From: an uncultured Gammaproteobacteria bacterium
Lineage (GTDB): Bacteria > Patescibacteriota > Microgenomatia > Levybacterales > UBA12049
Direction: 5' to 3'
Assembly: GCA_964416505.1 (NCBI GenBank)
Contig: CAYQEJ010000001.1
Span: 1,692-65,691, forward strand
Length of the DNA: 64,000 bases
A program made the translations under genes and the position numbers. The notes beneath the pieces are model-generated. The model was not told where the DNA came from. It did no database searches and saw only the letters and a list, made by a program, of their open reading frames with translations. Below are positions 1 through 9,616 of the stretch, piece by piece. The first letter of the stretch is position 1; each line of letters opens with the position of its first letter.

Positions 1-432
1 ACACCTGACAGGTATAAAGCAGTAGCTATTGTTTCAGGATCAATTGGTGGAAAAGTTTATAAAAAAATTCCTCCATATATTATTCCTAATCCGAAAAAAC
101 CAATTTCAGTTTTGGTTATCCACGGCATGAAAGACAGCAGAATTCCCTATGAGGGCGGTTTGAATACCAAGAAGGATGGTTCTTTTAAATCATTTGAGGA
201 TTCTAAAGAGCTTTGGAAAAAAATAAATGAATGTTCAAATTCTATAAATTCTGAAAATAATTTAGTAATTCATGAATCTTCTCCAGACTGCAAAGACGGT
301 GTTAAATCAGAATTTTATTCAGTAAAAAGTGGTGGACATGTTTGGCCAGGAAGTGTTTTAGAAATAGTGAAAAAAATAAAGAATCAAAGTTTTCCTGCGA
401 CAGATGTTATCTGGAATTTTTTTAGATCATAA
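1..432 (+). CDS. PHB-depolymerase/LpqC-like esterase (alpha/beta hydrolase), 5'-truncated by the window edge
   Basis: Frame 1 is open from base 1: AVAIVSG..., VLVIHGMKDSRIPYEGG and GGHVWPG motifs typical of this esterase family. Confidence 0.75.
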   Translation, partial: TPDRYKAVAIVSGSIGGKVYKKIPPYIIPNPKKPISVLVIHGMKDSRIPYEGGLNTKKDGSFKSFEDSKELWKKINECSNSINSENNLVIHESSPDCKDGVKSEFYSVKSGGHVWPGSVLEIVKKIKNQSFPATDVIWNFFRS

Positions 433-456
433 TTTCTGAATAAATCTATCTTCACC

Positions 457-487
457 TAGCCTCGCAAGGCCTGGCCTTGCGAGGCTA
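457..487 (+). repeat. 31-bp palindrome, copy 1 (TAGCCTCGCAAGGCC-T-GGCCTTGCGAGGCTA)
   Basis: Perfect 15-bp inverted arms around a single T; six copies in the window. Confidence 0.97.
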
Positions 488-528
488 TTGATTCTCCTAG
501 CAAAATTGATTAAAATTTAGCGGTTAAT

Positions 529-942
529 ATGGGAAGAAGACATGTCGAAAATGGATTTTCACTACCGCATGGCCCGAATAATGGAGAACAAAGGCCTTTA
601 ACTCCCTTGCAAAGACTTTTAGCTTACCAATATGATATTGGACATAGAGAGGCTAGTGTTGGTTTGGGGCAAGGAGGATTCCATGGGACATCTGTGCGGG
701 CAGCAACTGCTTCTGAAGTTTCAACAGTGCTAAATGGAGGAAATCATCAGCCAATTGACTCCTCGCTTCCTAAAGCTTTCCGGCTAAGTCATGGAGATTA
801 TGCTAGAGCAGCCAAACAAAGATATGCTGTTCCAGATCAGCCACCGGTTCCTTTTGAAGCAGATTTCGCAGCTCAGAAAGCAGATAGAGAGAGAAGGAAG
901 CTTGCGGAAAGAGATCGCAAGAAGCAAAGAAGAACAGGCTAA
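529..942 (+). CDS. Orphan hypothetical protein with basic C-terminus
   Basis: 137-aa ORF between palindrome copies 1 and 2; no recognisable motif. Confidence 0.7.
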   Translation: MGRRHVENGFSLPHGPNNGEQRPLTPLQRLLAYQYDIGHREASVGLGQGGFHGTSVRAATASEVSTVLNGGNHQPIDSSLPKAFRLSHGDYARAAKQRYAVPDQPPVPFEADFAAQKADRERRKLAERDRKKQRRTG

Positions 943-954
943 TTAAAAAAAGAT

Positions 955-985
955 TAGCCTCGCAAGGCCTGGCCTTGCGAGGCTG
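955..985 (+). repeat. 31-bp palindrome, copy 2
   Basis: TAGCCTCGCAAGGCCTGGCCTTGCGAGGCTG, one terminal mismatch. Confidence 0.97.
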
Positions 986-1020
986 GAACTTACTACGGAT
1001 TTCTGTTAAAATCCACGTTT

Positions 1021-1704
1021 ATGTTAGAGATTGGTTATTTTCCAGATGTAAGCTTTACGTCTTTACCTCCTAGGCCGGAGCCTGAGGTAAATAAAGATAG
1101 AGCAAATTTACTAAAAGCAGATACCAGTAGAAAATCAGATGTAGAATGTGAAGTTGTTCTCTCCAGATTCAAAGGCGTTTTACATAATATGAGCGCTGAA
1201 ATGGGAGTAGCACTACCTTTAGATGGACGAAACATTTATTTTTTACCTGAAGAAACATTTATGCAAGTGGTCGATCAAGGTAGCCTTAGAGGAAGATATA
1301 GCGAATACATAATTAATAGTATTGTAGGATATACGAGGAGATTTCCCGATGGAACTTTTGATACTTACATTTTAGGTTCTGGTGAAGGCAGGGTCCCAAA
1401 TGAAGATCAAGCGATAATAACTTTGGGACATGAATATGGTCATACTATTGGTCCTTTTCTCGGTCCCCTTGAGGAGGAAGTGAAAGCTTATGCATTTCAG
1501 GCAATGTTCCTAAAACATGCATTTAGAGGAAATCCGCATAATTTAGATCAGGGTTTGTATCCAACCAGAATTCACGATGTTGCCAAGAATAGAATCGCAC
1601 AGTTAAGATCGAGAGATTTTCCCATGGAAGCAGTGATTGCTCATTTAAATGGCCAAAATTTTGGAAATTACAGACCTGATAGTAACATGAGTCTTCCCCA
1701 TTAA
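1021..1704 (+). CDS. Orphan protein with HExxH zinc-metallopeptidase-like motif
   Basis: TLGHEYGH...EEEVKAYAF; TGTTAAAAT extended -10 lies 8 nt before the ATG. Confidence 0.65.
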   Translation: MLEIGYFPDVSFTSLPPRPEPEVNKDRANLLKADTSRKSDVECEVVLSRFKGVLHNMSAEMGVALPLDGRNIYFLPEETFMQVVDQGSLRGRYSEYIINSIVGYTRRFPDGTFDTYILGSGEGRVPNEDQAIITLGHEYGHTIGPFLGPLEEEVKAYAFQAMFLKHAFRGNPHNLDQGLYPTRIHDVAKNRIAQLRSRDFPMEAVIAHLNGQNFGNYRPDSNMSLPH

Positions 1705-1721
1705 TTTGCTATACTAAATTT

Positions 1722-1946
1722 ATGTTTCTCTTGACTCTTCCCATGAAGATCTTTGGTTTGACGGGAACCATAGTGCTTGCTGTAATTTTGTATTGGCTTT
1801 TTATCGGAACTGGCATGAATATAGATAGAGGTAAAAACTGTACGGCTTTTATGGCTCAATCTGCTAAAAATCCGGTTTCAGGAAAAACTAAAATTTTCGG
1901 GTCTATGTGTGAGGTGCCTATTGGTTGGCAAAAAGTTACCAAGTAA
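1722..1946 (+). CDS. Small membrane protein with a Cys pair
   Basis: N-terminal hydrophobic helix, C...C; TGCTATACT 6 nt before ATG. Confidence 0.7.
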   Translation: MFLLTLPMKIFGLTGTIVLAVILYWLFIGTGMNIDRGKNCTAFMAQSAKNPVSGKTKIFGSMCEVPIGWQKVTK

Positions 1947-2480
1947 TTATTTTTTTTCTACAGAATCCAAAAGTAATACGCTAGCTTCTGTAAATGATCC
2001 CGCAATACCGTCATCAAGTTTTATGTCTGATCCTTCAAGATCAATTCCCATTACTCTTCCAAGCTCAACGTTATCCATGATTCTTACTTTTCCTTTAAGA
2101 TGTACATTTTCAAGTTCTCCGATTCCTAGCTCTTTGCCTTCGGTATCCTTAGGAAGTTCAAAATTTCTAGGTGCGACCACGATTAATTGTCTACCGCCTC
2201 CGAGTAAGCTTGTATTATTTCCAACTGTGAATACTCTTTTTGTAATCCAGTCAGTAACTTTTGAATCAACTTCAACAGTAAGACCGTCATAAACAAGTGG
2301 ATCACTCATGATATTTGCCACAGGAATGAGCGCTTTATTAGCTACGATTGGGGTTCTGGAATTGCTTTGTTTATTCGTATTTGATACAACAGGCTGAATT
2401 CGGCTTAAAATGAAAAGCACGATAAAAACGACTATAAATAGTACGACACCGATGGTTATAAGAATTTCTCTACGTCCCAT
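1947..2480 (-). CDS. Membrane-anchored hypothetical protein
   Basis: Likely start MGRRE at 2480 followed by a transmembrane helix. Confidence 0.7.
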   Translation of the reverse strand: MGRREILITIGVVLFIVVFIVLFILSRIQPVVSNTNKQSNSRTPIVANKALIPVANIMSDPLVYDGLTVEVDSKVTDWITKRVFTVGNNTSLLGGGRQLIVVAPRNFELPKDTEGKELGIGELENVHLKGKVRIMDNVELGRVMGIDLEGSDIKLDDGIAGSFTEASVLLLDSVEKK

Positions 2481-2548
2481 AGTATTGCATATTATAGGGT
2501 ATTTTTTAAAAAAAATCAAGTCCCGGTAATAGATGGTATAATGATTTT

Positions 2549-2998
2549 ATGTCAGAATTAACGCCAGACTTAGTTAGCTCACCTGTGCAAGAGCCAAGAG
2601 CAACTGTCCAGCCTCAGGTGTTTTATGATTCGGAAAATGGTCAAACAACACAGAGACCAGATCATGTAGGTGATTTTTCAGTTTTAATTAATCATGGAAA
2701 ATCGCCTGAACCTGAAGGGTATTTATTTGCAACTTTCATGGAAGATTTAAGAACAGTTAGAATCCAAGTCATTAGTGTAGACGAGCAAGAAAACCGCGGA
2801 AAAGGTTATGGCACTCAATTAGTTAGATCTGCAGAAGGAATAGCAAGAGAAATTGGCGCAAGTGAAATTGAGGGATTTATTGTACCAAATCCTGGGAATT
2901 CAAGGCCATTTTTCGAAAAAATGGGTTACACTATTACACAAGATAAAAGATCTGGGAGTATGAATTATCGAGTTTCAAAGGTTTTAGAAAGGAGGTGA
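2549..2998 (+). CDS. GNAT family acetyltransferase
   Basis: ISVDEQENRGKGYGTQLV acetyl-CoA motif A, FFEKMGY motif B. Confidence 0.85.
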   Translation: MSELTPDLVSSPVQEPRATVQPQVFYDSENGQTTQRPDHVGDFSVLINHGKSPEPEGYLFATFMEDLRTVRIQVISVDEQENRGKGYGTQLVRSAEGIAREIGASEIEGFIVPNPGNSRPFFEKMGYTITQDKRSGSMNYRVSKVLERR

Positions 2999-3001
2999 AT
3001 T

Positions 3002-3244
3002 ATGGGTATAATTTCTTGGATTATAGTTGGTCTTTTAGCAGGATGGATAGCCTCAATTATAATGAAGACAAATGAGGAGCAAGGTTTTATAAAAGACATT
3101 GTTTTTGGTGTAATCGGAGCATTTGTTGGAGGGTTTATAATGAATTTTCTGGGATATAGTGGAGTGACTGGACTTAACGTTTATAGCATAGGTGTGGCAA
3201 CTCTGGGAGCTGTTATAGTTATTTTTATCGGAAGAAGATTTTAA
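3002..3244 (+). CDS. GlsB/YeaQ/YmgE (transglycosylase-associated) membrane protein
   Basis: MGIISWIIVGLLAGWIA...GVIGAFVGG signature; strong SD GGAGGTG. Confidence 0.9.
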   Translation: MGIISWIIVGLLAGWIASIIMKTNEEQGFIKDIVFGVIGAFVGGFIMNFLGYSGVTGLNVYSIGVATLGAVIVIFIGRRF

Positions 3245-3246
3245 TT

Positions 3247-4416
3247 TTAAATCCTCTTTTTTATAAAAGACGTGATTTTCCTAACTTTTTTGGTTTTTCC
3301 TTCTTCGTAGTTTGGAATTTCAAATTCATCTTTTATATCTCCTACTAGGCTCTCAACTAGATCTTCAAGTGTTATAAGACCAACAGTTTTATTTTTATCA
3401 TTTTTTACAATTGCCATATGAACTCTTTTTTCTCGAAGAAGAATCATGGCATCATCTATTTTTTTGTTTTCAGAAATCTTGGGAATTTCTCTTATGATGT
3501 TCATTTTTGATAGCTTTCTATCTCTGTTTCTGGTTAAAAAATTTAAATAAATTTCTCTAAAACTTTCAAATTTACTTTGAGTGAATAAATTTTTATAGAC
3601 GTCTTTGACATGAATAAATCCGATAATATTGTCTATATCTTCTACGAATACCGGGAATCTACTATGTGGATGTTTTTGGAAAACTTTAATTAGATTCTTT
3701 AGTTCTGTTCCCTTTTCGAAAGAGATTATTTTGCTTCTTGGGATCATAATTTTACTTACAGGTGTGTCCCCTAGTTTTAAAACGCTATAAACCATTTCTG
3801 CTTCATTTTTTTCGATTGCACCCTCTTGTGCGCTTTCAGCCAGTATCATTTTTATCTCCTCCTCTGAGTGAACTAAGGAGTGTCCCGATGGAGCATTGAA
3901 GCCTACGAGTTTGAGAACTAAGATTCCTGCGCCATTAAGAACGAAAATAAATGGTTTAAATATTTTTGCGAAAAGAATAAGAGGCCTTATTATTAACAGA
4001 GATGTTTTTTCAGCTTTTTGAAGCGCTATGGATTTAGGAGCAAGTTCTCCTAAAACAATATGAAGAAATGTAATAATCGAAAATGCTACTCCAAATGCTG
4101 CAGCATGAGCGGAAATAAAAGCTAAATTTTTACTTAAAAAATTGCTAAAATATTTTTCAAAAAAATGTGCTAAAAAAGGTTCCCCTACCCATCCTAAAGC
4201 TAAGCTTGCAAGAGTGATCCCAAGCTGAGTTGCGGAAATATAAGTTTCAATATCATTTAAAGCTTTTTGGACGAGAAATGCTGATTTATTTCCTTTTTTA
4301 ACTAGTTCATCTATTCTGGTTTTTCTTATGGCAACTAACGCAAATTCAGAAGCAACAAAAAATCCGTTGAGGAATACCAAAAGAGCTATTAAAGCTAATT
4401 GAGGAATTATTTCCAT
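3247..4416 (-). CDS. HlyC/CorC (CNNM) family transporter with CBS domains
   Basis: NGFFVASEFALV, QLGITLASLALGWVGEP, GELAPK, HSRFPV, GLITLEDLVE. Confidence 0.92.
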   Translation of the reverse strand: MEIIPQLALIALLVFLNGFFVASEFALVAIRKTRIDELVKKGNKSAFLVQKALNDIETYISATQLGITLASLALGWVGEPFLAHFFEKYFSNFLSKNLAFISAHAAAFGVAFSIITFLHIVLGELAPKSIALQKAEKTSLLIIRPLILFAKIFKPFIFVLNGAGILVLKLVGFNAPSGHSLVHSEEEIKMILAESAQEGAIEKNEAEMVYSVLKLGDTPVSKIMIPRSKIISFEKGTELKNLIKVFQKHPHSRFPVFVEDIDNIIGFIHVKDVYKNLFTQSKFESFREIYLNFLTRNRDRKLSKMNIIREIPKISENKKIDDAMILLREKRVHMAIVKNDKNKTVGLITLEDLVESLVGDIKDEFEIPNYEEGKTKKVRKITSFIKKRI

Positions 4417-4451
4417 TAATCCAAGAGTATAGCATATTTTCGTAATTTAAC

Positions 4452-4483
4452 CTCAAAACCCCCATTTTTCAGGGAGTTTTGAG
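4452..4483 (-). terminator. Hairpin downstream of the 4501-5010 gene
   Basis: CTCAAAAC...GTTTTGAG inverted repeat; weak U-tract. Confidence 0.5.
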
Positions 4484-4500
4484 AACTTGATGGATTTAAA

Positions 4501-5010
4501 TTACCTTGGTCCATGAGGACCTCCATATTTCATAAATTTACCTCCCATGAGATAATTTATGTCTATTCCATTTTCTTTTGCCCAAGCTTCAAGATCAGTT
4601 TTTTCTTTTTCCATTTGAGTTTTCATCTCTTCTGGAGTTTTATTTTTAAAACTGTCTTTATTGGCTTCATGCTTTTCTTTTAGCTCTTTCTGCTTATTTA
4701 TTATTAGTGTTTTTTGAGCTTCTGTGATCTTGCTATCTTTGACTAATTGATTTAGTTTTTCTTCCTGCTTTTTTTGCATTTCAGCCTGCCTAGCTGATCT
4801 TTCTTCATCAAATACTTTTTGAACCTCATCCTTATTGAGTCCAAATTTATCTGCTATTTTCTGAACGATTGCATCATGTGGATTTGATGAATCTGCAGCG
4901 GAAGCGTTTGTAACTGTCAGGAGCCCTCCGGCGAGAACAGCAAGCGCCATTACTGGAAAAATTAGTTTTTTGTTTTTAATATTATTCACCTCCTTTCCAT
5001 GTTTTATCAT
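4501..5010 (-). CDS. Secreted helical Lys/Glu-rich protein (start codon uncertain)
   Basis: Signal peptide ending ASA, then IADKFGLNKDEV; strong SD lies inside the ORF near 4987-4996. Confidence 0.8.
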   Translation of the reverse strand: MIKHGKEVNNIKNKKLIFPVMALAVLAGGLLTVTNASAADSSNPHDAIVQKIADKFGLNKDEVQKVFDEERSARQAEMQKKQEEKLNQLVKDSKITEAQKTLIINKQKELKEKHEANKDSFKNKTPEEMKTQMEKEKTDLEAWAKENGIDINYLMGGKFMKYGGPHGPR

Positions 5011-5069
5011 AAAACCATATTAGTAGGTTAATCTGAAAAATGGCTTATCATGCATATCCTATAATATTT

Positions 5070-5100
5070 TAGCCTCGCAAGGCCTGGCCTTGCGAGGCTA
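5070..5100 (+). repeat. 31-bp palindrome, copy 3
   Basis: Exact copy; preceded by ATCCTATAA. Confidence 0.97.
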
Positions 5101-5124
5101 AATGGTTTTTGCTAGAATCTGCAC

Positions 5125-5460
5125 ATGGTAGAACATGAAGGACATCATGAGGAGGGACAAGACCCAAGATTTAGAGGTAGGTTTGCTGGAGCTGAAAGAT
5201 TGACTCCTCCTCAAATCGACGCACCCGTCAGCGGTAGCTCCTTTTATGGAAATCCAGTTTCAGAACTTCCACACCCAGCACTTCCTGATGTTTTTAGATT
5301 TAATTTAAGAGATATGAAAACATTAATAGCTTCATGGAATGTTCTTGGCGCTATGTCTATTTTATCGAATGCTCAAGCTAGTGGAGAAGTAAATATTCAA
5401 AGAGTAGTTGTAGTTGGAGCACTAGCTGTAGCATCGATTTTCGTAGCCTCTGATAGATAA
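5125..5460 (+). CDS. Orphan protein with hydrophobic C-terminus
   Basis: 111-aa ORF; TGCTAGAAT 6 nt before ATG. Confidence 0.65.
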   Translation: MVEHEGHHEEGQDPRFRGRFAGAERLTPPQIDAPVSGSSFYGNPVSELPHPALPDVFRFNLRDMKTLIASWNVLGAMSILSNAQASGEVNIQRVVVVGALAVASIFVASDR

Positions 5461-5462
5461 AT

Positions 5463-6134
5463 TTACTGGATATCTGTTTCAATTGAAACCACACCGTTTA
5501 TCGTAGCTCTTTGTACTATAGTTGAGTCCCCTTCTATACCTACTCTTTGAAAATATGGAAGATTAGGATCATTTACATAATCAGGAGTTAAGTTAGTTAT
5601 TTCTTCTGGTATTAGAAAATAATCATTCATTGCATGTAATAAAAAATCAGGCTGAAATGTATAGGAAAAAAGAATAGATTCTTGTTGAGGATTGGTAAGT
5701 TTTCCTTCTTCATTGAAGTTTAGAGATAAAGATGTCCGTAGTCTTCCCGGATTTAATTCAGCAGAATCTTCTACTATTAAAAAAACAGACCAGTCATTAG
5801 GCGTGCTTGCGGAAATTGGCTTTTGACCATATAAATATCTATGAACCGGAGCTTGATCTAGGGGAGCGCCTGGATCTTTAAAGAGGTCATGGGAGAAATA
5901 ATCTTGTGGCTTATCAATAAGTCTTTGTCTAAAAGTAGCCCAGAATTCAGGTTCCTGAGATTTGTCAACCAATTGATCTATAGCATCAACAAGAATTTGA
6001 TATTCAGGCCTTATGCTTTCTCCTTTTGAAGATTGTTCAGGGGAAGGATGAGGTTCATTAGCAGAAACAGCAACTGGAACTCCAAGCATCGTGAATGCTA
6101 TACCTAGAGCAGCTGATCTTTCTTTCCAGCCCAC
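5463..6134 (-). CDS. Orphan secreted protein
   Basis: Signal peptide ending AVSA; TTGACA-16-TATAAT 6 nt before GTG. Confidence 0.75.
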   Translation of the reverse strand: MGWKERSAALGIAFTMLGVPVAVSANEPHPSPEQSSKGESIRPEYQILVDAIDQLVDKSQEPEFWATFRQRLIDKPQDYFSHDLFKDPGAPLDQAPVHRYLYGQKPISASTPNDWSVFLIVEDSAELNPGRLRTSLSLNFNEEGKLTNPQQESILFSYTFQPDFLLHAMNDYFLIPEEITNLTPDYVNDPNLPYFQRVGIEGDSTIVQRATINGVVSIETDIQ

Positions 6135-6195
6135 GGTAAGATTATATTTAATAATTGATATCTGTCAAGCGTGAATAATGGATCTTATAGTTCGC

Positions 6196-6226
6196 TAGCC
6201 TTGCAAGGCCAGGCCTTGCGAGGCTA
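6196..6226 (-). repeat. 31-bp palindrome, copy 4 (reverse orientation)
   Basis: TAGCCTTGCAAGGCC-A-GGCCTTGCGAGGCTA; central A on + strand. Confidence 0.97.
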
Positions 6227-6238
6227 AGAATATAGGTC

Positions 6239-7267
6239 TTAGCCTTTTAGAGGAAAACTAACTATGAATTTGGATCCTTCTTCCAGTTTACTTTCTACTG
6301 AGATTGAGCCATTGTGGAGGTCGGTAATTTTTTTTGCAATCGAAAGGCCAAGTCCATATCCTTTTTCATTTCTTGATTTGTCACTTCTGTAAAATCTATC
6401 AAAAATATGTGGTAAATCCTTTTCTGAAATACCAATCCCTTGATCTATTATTTGAATCTGTGCTCTTCCCTTTTCCGTGTCTGAATTAATTTTTATGGTT
6501 TGGCCGTTTTTTGAATACTTTATAGCATTGTCAATTAAGATTACAAATAATTCGGTTAATCTGTCACTTACTCCAATTATTTTTGTATTCTTAATATTTT
6601 TTTCCAATTTAATATTTTTTTTCTTTGCAAAAATTTCTGTTTTTTTAATTGCTATTTCTAGTATTTCTTTTATAGATATTTCTTTTAAGTTATTTTTATT
6701 AACTAATTTTCCATTCTGGGCTAGCTCTAGAAGATTATTGGATAATGTTTGAAGTCCAATAGTTTCTTCGAGATTACTTTTTAATACGCTTTTTGATTGT
6801 TTTAAAGACAGATTTTTATTTCTTAAAGCTACTTCTATTTCTGTTCTTAGAGTTGCAATGGGAGTTCTAAGTTCGTGTGAGGAATCAGAAATAAATCTCT
6901 TTTGCTCATCCATCATTTCTTTTATGGGTTTTAATGTTCTCCCAGCCAAGAAATATCCTGAAATTCCTGCAATTGCTAGAATTGATAGATTAATAAAACC
7001 AAGCATTATTAGGAATCTTTCTCGGGCCTTTTGGATTGTATCGGAGTCATCTTGTGTAAAAATAATAAAATCTTTTCTATGATTTTCATTAGGTGGAAGC
7101 ATGAATAACTTTTTTTGATAATCTTTACTTATTCTATCTTCCATTCTTTCAAATCTATCAAATTCCATATTTGCACTTTGATAAATTACCAAGCTAAAAA
7201 GCAGGCTGATAGACATTATTATTACTAAGTACCAAGCAGTTAATTTAATTCTAGCTTTCTCAAACAT
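6239..7267 (-). CDS. Two-component sensor histidine kinase
   Basis: Two TM helices, SHELRTP H-box, LIDNAIKY, DQGIGI, GYGLGLSI. Confidence 0.95.
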   Translation of the reverse strand: MFEKARIKLTAWYLVIIMSISLLFSLVIYQSANMEFDRFERMEDRISKDYQKKLFMLPPNENHRKDFIIFTQDDSDTIQKARERFLIMLGFINLSILAIAGISGYFLAGRTLKPIKEMMDEQKRFISDSSHELRTPIATLRTEIEVALRNKNLSLKQSKSVLKSNLEETIGLQTLSNNLLELAQNGKLVNKNNLKEISIKEILEIAIKKTEIFAKKKNIKLEKNIKNTKIIGVSDRLTELFVILIDNAIKYSKNGQTIKINSDTEKGRAQIQIIDQGIGISEKDLPHIFDRFYRSDKSRNEKGYGLGLSIAKKITDLHNGSISVESKLEEGSKFIVSFPLKG

Positions 7268-7268
7268 A

Positions 7269-7928
7269 CTATGATTCTATTTTATATCCGAATCCCCTTA
7301 TTGTTTTAATGATTTCGGATTCATTCAATTTATCTCTCAAATGTTTTATGTATACTTCTACTGAATTAGGTAAAACATTACTTTCATAGTTCCAGACATG
7401 TGCGATGATCTGTTCTTTTTTGATTGTTTGATTCGGATGCCTCATGAGATATTCCAAAAGTGAAAATTCTTTATTTGATAGGTCAATTATTTTTCCTTTT
7501 TTTCTAACCTCAAAACTTACTGGATTTAGCTCTATATCTCTTATCTTCAGGACTGATCCGTTTGAATTTTTAGGTCTACGGGTTAAGGCGCGAATTCTAG
7601 CTAAAAGTTCGGTGAAGGCAAAAGGCTTAATCAGGTAATCATCTGCTCCGCTATCAAGACCTGTTATTTTATCTTCGATTTCACCTTTTGCTGTTAGGAA
7701 AAGAACGGGGGTGTGATTTTGTTTTTCTCTTATTTTTTTAAGGGTTTCAATTCCGTCAATTTTAGGAAGCATTCGGTCTAAAATTATAGCGTCGTATTCT
7801 TCTCCAAGGGCAAGATCTAAGCCCTCCTCCCCGTCATAAGCCACATCCACTGCGTATTTTTCTTGGGTTAAGCCTTGTTTTAGAGAGTTTGCAATTTTAT
7901 GTTCATCTTCTATTACAAGTATTCTCAT
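7269..7928 (-). CDS. OmpR/PhoB family response regulator
   Basis: ILVIEDE, LDRMLP, GADDYLIKPF, winged helix ending TIRGFGY. Confidence 0.96.
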   Translation of the reverse strand: MRILVIEDEHKIANSLKQGLTQEKYAVDVAYDGEEGLDLALGEEYDAIILDRMLPKIDGIETLKKIREKQNHTPVLFLTAKGEIEDKITGLDSGADDYLIKPFAFTELLARIRALTRRPKNSNGSVLKIRDIELNPVSFEVRKKGKIIDLSNKEFSLLEYLMRHPNQTIKKEQIIAHVWNYESNVLPNSVEVYIKHLRDKLNESEIIKTIRGFGYKIES

Positions 7929-7950
7929 GAGGCTAGATTATATCACTTTT

Positions 7951-7967
7951 CTGAAATTTCCCTGAAA
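7951..7967 (-). promoter_or_regulatory. Candidate OmpR-type binding site
   Basis: CTGAAA direct repeat at 7951 and 7962 (11-bp period) in the -35 region of the response regulator promoter. Confidence 0.5.
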
Positions 7968-7990
7968 ATTTTATTTGATACAATATAAAT

Positions 7991-8449
7991 ATGTCAGATA
8001 TAGGTCCAGAATCAAGAAGTCGCGATTTATCTACAGTTACTATGCCGGAAGTTCCAGATCCCCAGAGGCTTACTTATGGCCAGTTTAAGAAAATGGATAT
8101 GTCGGAAGTTCAGCCTGGAGCAATCATAGGAGAGATAAGTCCCTCGAAATTATTTGCTAGTCAAACTTGGGTGGATTCGCAAAAGTTAGTTACTGCTTCA
8201 AATGCTGAAATGGGAGAAAGCCTGGATGTCCCAGTTTGGATTGGTGAGATTCCTATTAAAGACAGGCCAGGTCAATTTCAGAGAATAGTCGTATTGGGTG
8301 ATATGCATCATAGGACATTGAAAGCATGGCAGTTAGGATTAAAGGTAAATGGACATGTTATGGGAGTATTGCCAAAAGGACAAAGAGTAATTCCTTTTTC
8401 TACATTTAGAGTTAAGACAGGTGATCCTTTCGCTGGAATGCCCGAATAG
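7991..8449 (+). CDS. Orphan protein, possibly ParB/Srx-like fold
   Basis: LFASQ and LGDMHHR resemble the ParB/Srx DGHHR motif. Confidence 0.55.
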   Translation: MSDIGPESRSRDLSTVTMPEVPDPQRLTYGQFKKMDMSEVQPGAIIGEISPSKLFASQTWVDSQKLVTASNAEMGESLDVPVWIGEIPIKDRPGQFQRIVVLGDMHHRTLKAWQLGLKVNGHVMGVLPKGQRVIPFSTFRVKTGDPFAGMPE

Positions 8450-9616
8450 TTATTTCCTAACAAATAAAATTGCGTTTGGTATTGCTCGACCTGGACCTAC
8501 TCTATATCCTCCACTCCAAAGCGCAGTTGAGCCTCCACTATCTAGGTTAAGAGCATTTTGGATTCCCATGATTTGTAATACTCGAGCCATTTGCGCCGCA
8601 TTTACATTATGAACCACTCCTATGTATGCAGTTGACCCGCTTGATCCTACAAAGCTTCTTGATCCAGCTCCGGCTCTTTTAACCTCATCATCTCCTCCAA
8701 AAACTACTTGTCCAGCGGAAACCAAAAGAGGTTGATTTGCTAAAACAGAATCGATCCCAGTGTCTCTTCCCCATTGCGAACTAGCTCCGACAAATCTTGC
8801 AGAATTTCCTGAGAAAATTACAGCCGGAACATTTGAATAAATATTATTATCAGAATTAAAATATTTTTTATTTTTATTCATAAGAAGCGTATCAAATGAA
8901 TTTGTTTTTCCTGCGCAGGATGGGTATGATGCGGGACAGAAATATGATCCGTTTACACCGGCATAAGCTCCGCTTCTCCCTACATAATCTCCTAGATTTA
9001 GAACTGGACAATTGTCTTTGCAGTCTTCATCAGACGCAGTATCCACAATTACCCGTGTTGAATTTAGATCCGCTGCCACGATATCAACAACAAACTCTCC
9101 AAAATCAGTTTTAACTTTTTGCCTCGAATAGCCCGATCCTGGAGCGGTGTTGTTAACTACTACATTTGTAGTGTTTCCTACGGTATTTGAAGGCGCTGAT
9201 TTAGCAATGTCAGAATCAATTTTTGAATTTAACTTAGTTAAATCCGCTGAAGCAGATGAATAATTTCGATTAGATAATAGGCTCAAAATGCCTGCTAACG
9301 ATTTGTCATAATCAGACGTATTCTTTTTTTGATCCCTTAAGTCAACAACTTTTTCATAAGTCTTAATGGCGTCTTTATAAGTTTTTTCAATATTTTTAAT
9401 ATTTACTTCAAGAGTTTGATTTTTCTTGTATTGGTCTTCAGATTTAATTTTATTTAACTCTGAAACAGTTCTAATATTTAAATTTTTTTGGTTTTGTAAA
9501 TTCTTATATAAGACTGCGACCGAAATCACTGAAAGAGTCAGAAGCGCTATGGGAATTAGTATTAGTTTATTTGCGATTAAAGATTTAGGAAGATTTATAT
9601 TTAATTTTCCTGTCAT
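8450..9616 (-). CDS. Phosphodiester glycosidase (NAGPA/DUF2233) family protein
   Basis: N-terminal TM and coiled coil; GVNGSYF and ALNLDSGGST motifs. Confidence 0.85.
   Translation of the reverse strand: MTGKLNINLPKSLIANKLILIPIALLTLSVISVAVLYKNLQNQKNLNIRTVSELNKIKSEDQYKKNQTLEVNIKNIEKTYKDAIKTYEKVVDLRDQKKNTSDYDKSLAGILSLLSNRNYSSASADLTKLNSKIDSDIAKSAPSNTVGNTTNVVVNNTAPGSGYSRQKVKTDFGEFVVDIVAADLNSTRVIVDTASDEDCKDNCPVLNLGDYVGRSGAYAGVNGSYFCPASYPSCAGKTNSFDTLLMNKNKKYFNSDNNIYSNVPAVIFSGNSARFVGASSQWGRDTGIDSVLANQPLLVSAGQVVFGGDDEVKRAGAGSRSFVGSSGSTAYIGVVHNVNAAQMARVLQIMGIQNALNLDSGGSTALWSGGYRVGPGRAIPNAILFVRK

Noticed and set aside
457-6226. The 31-bp repeats as a CRISPR array
   Set aside because: Spacing is hundreds to thousands of bases with whole genes in between, orientation flips, and there are no cas genes
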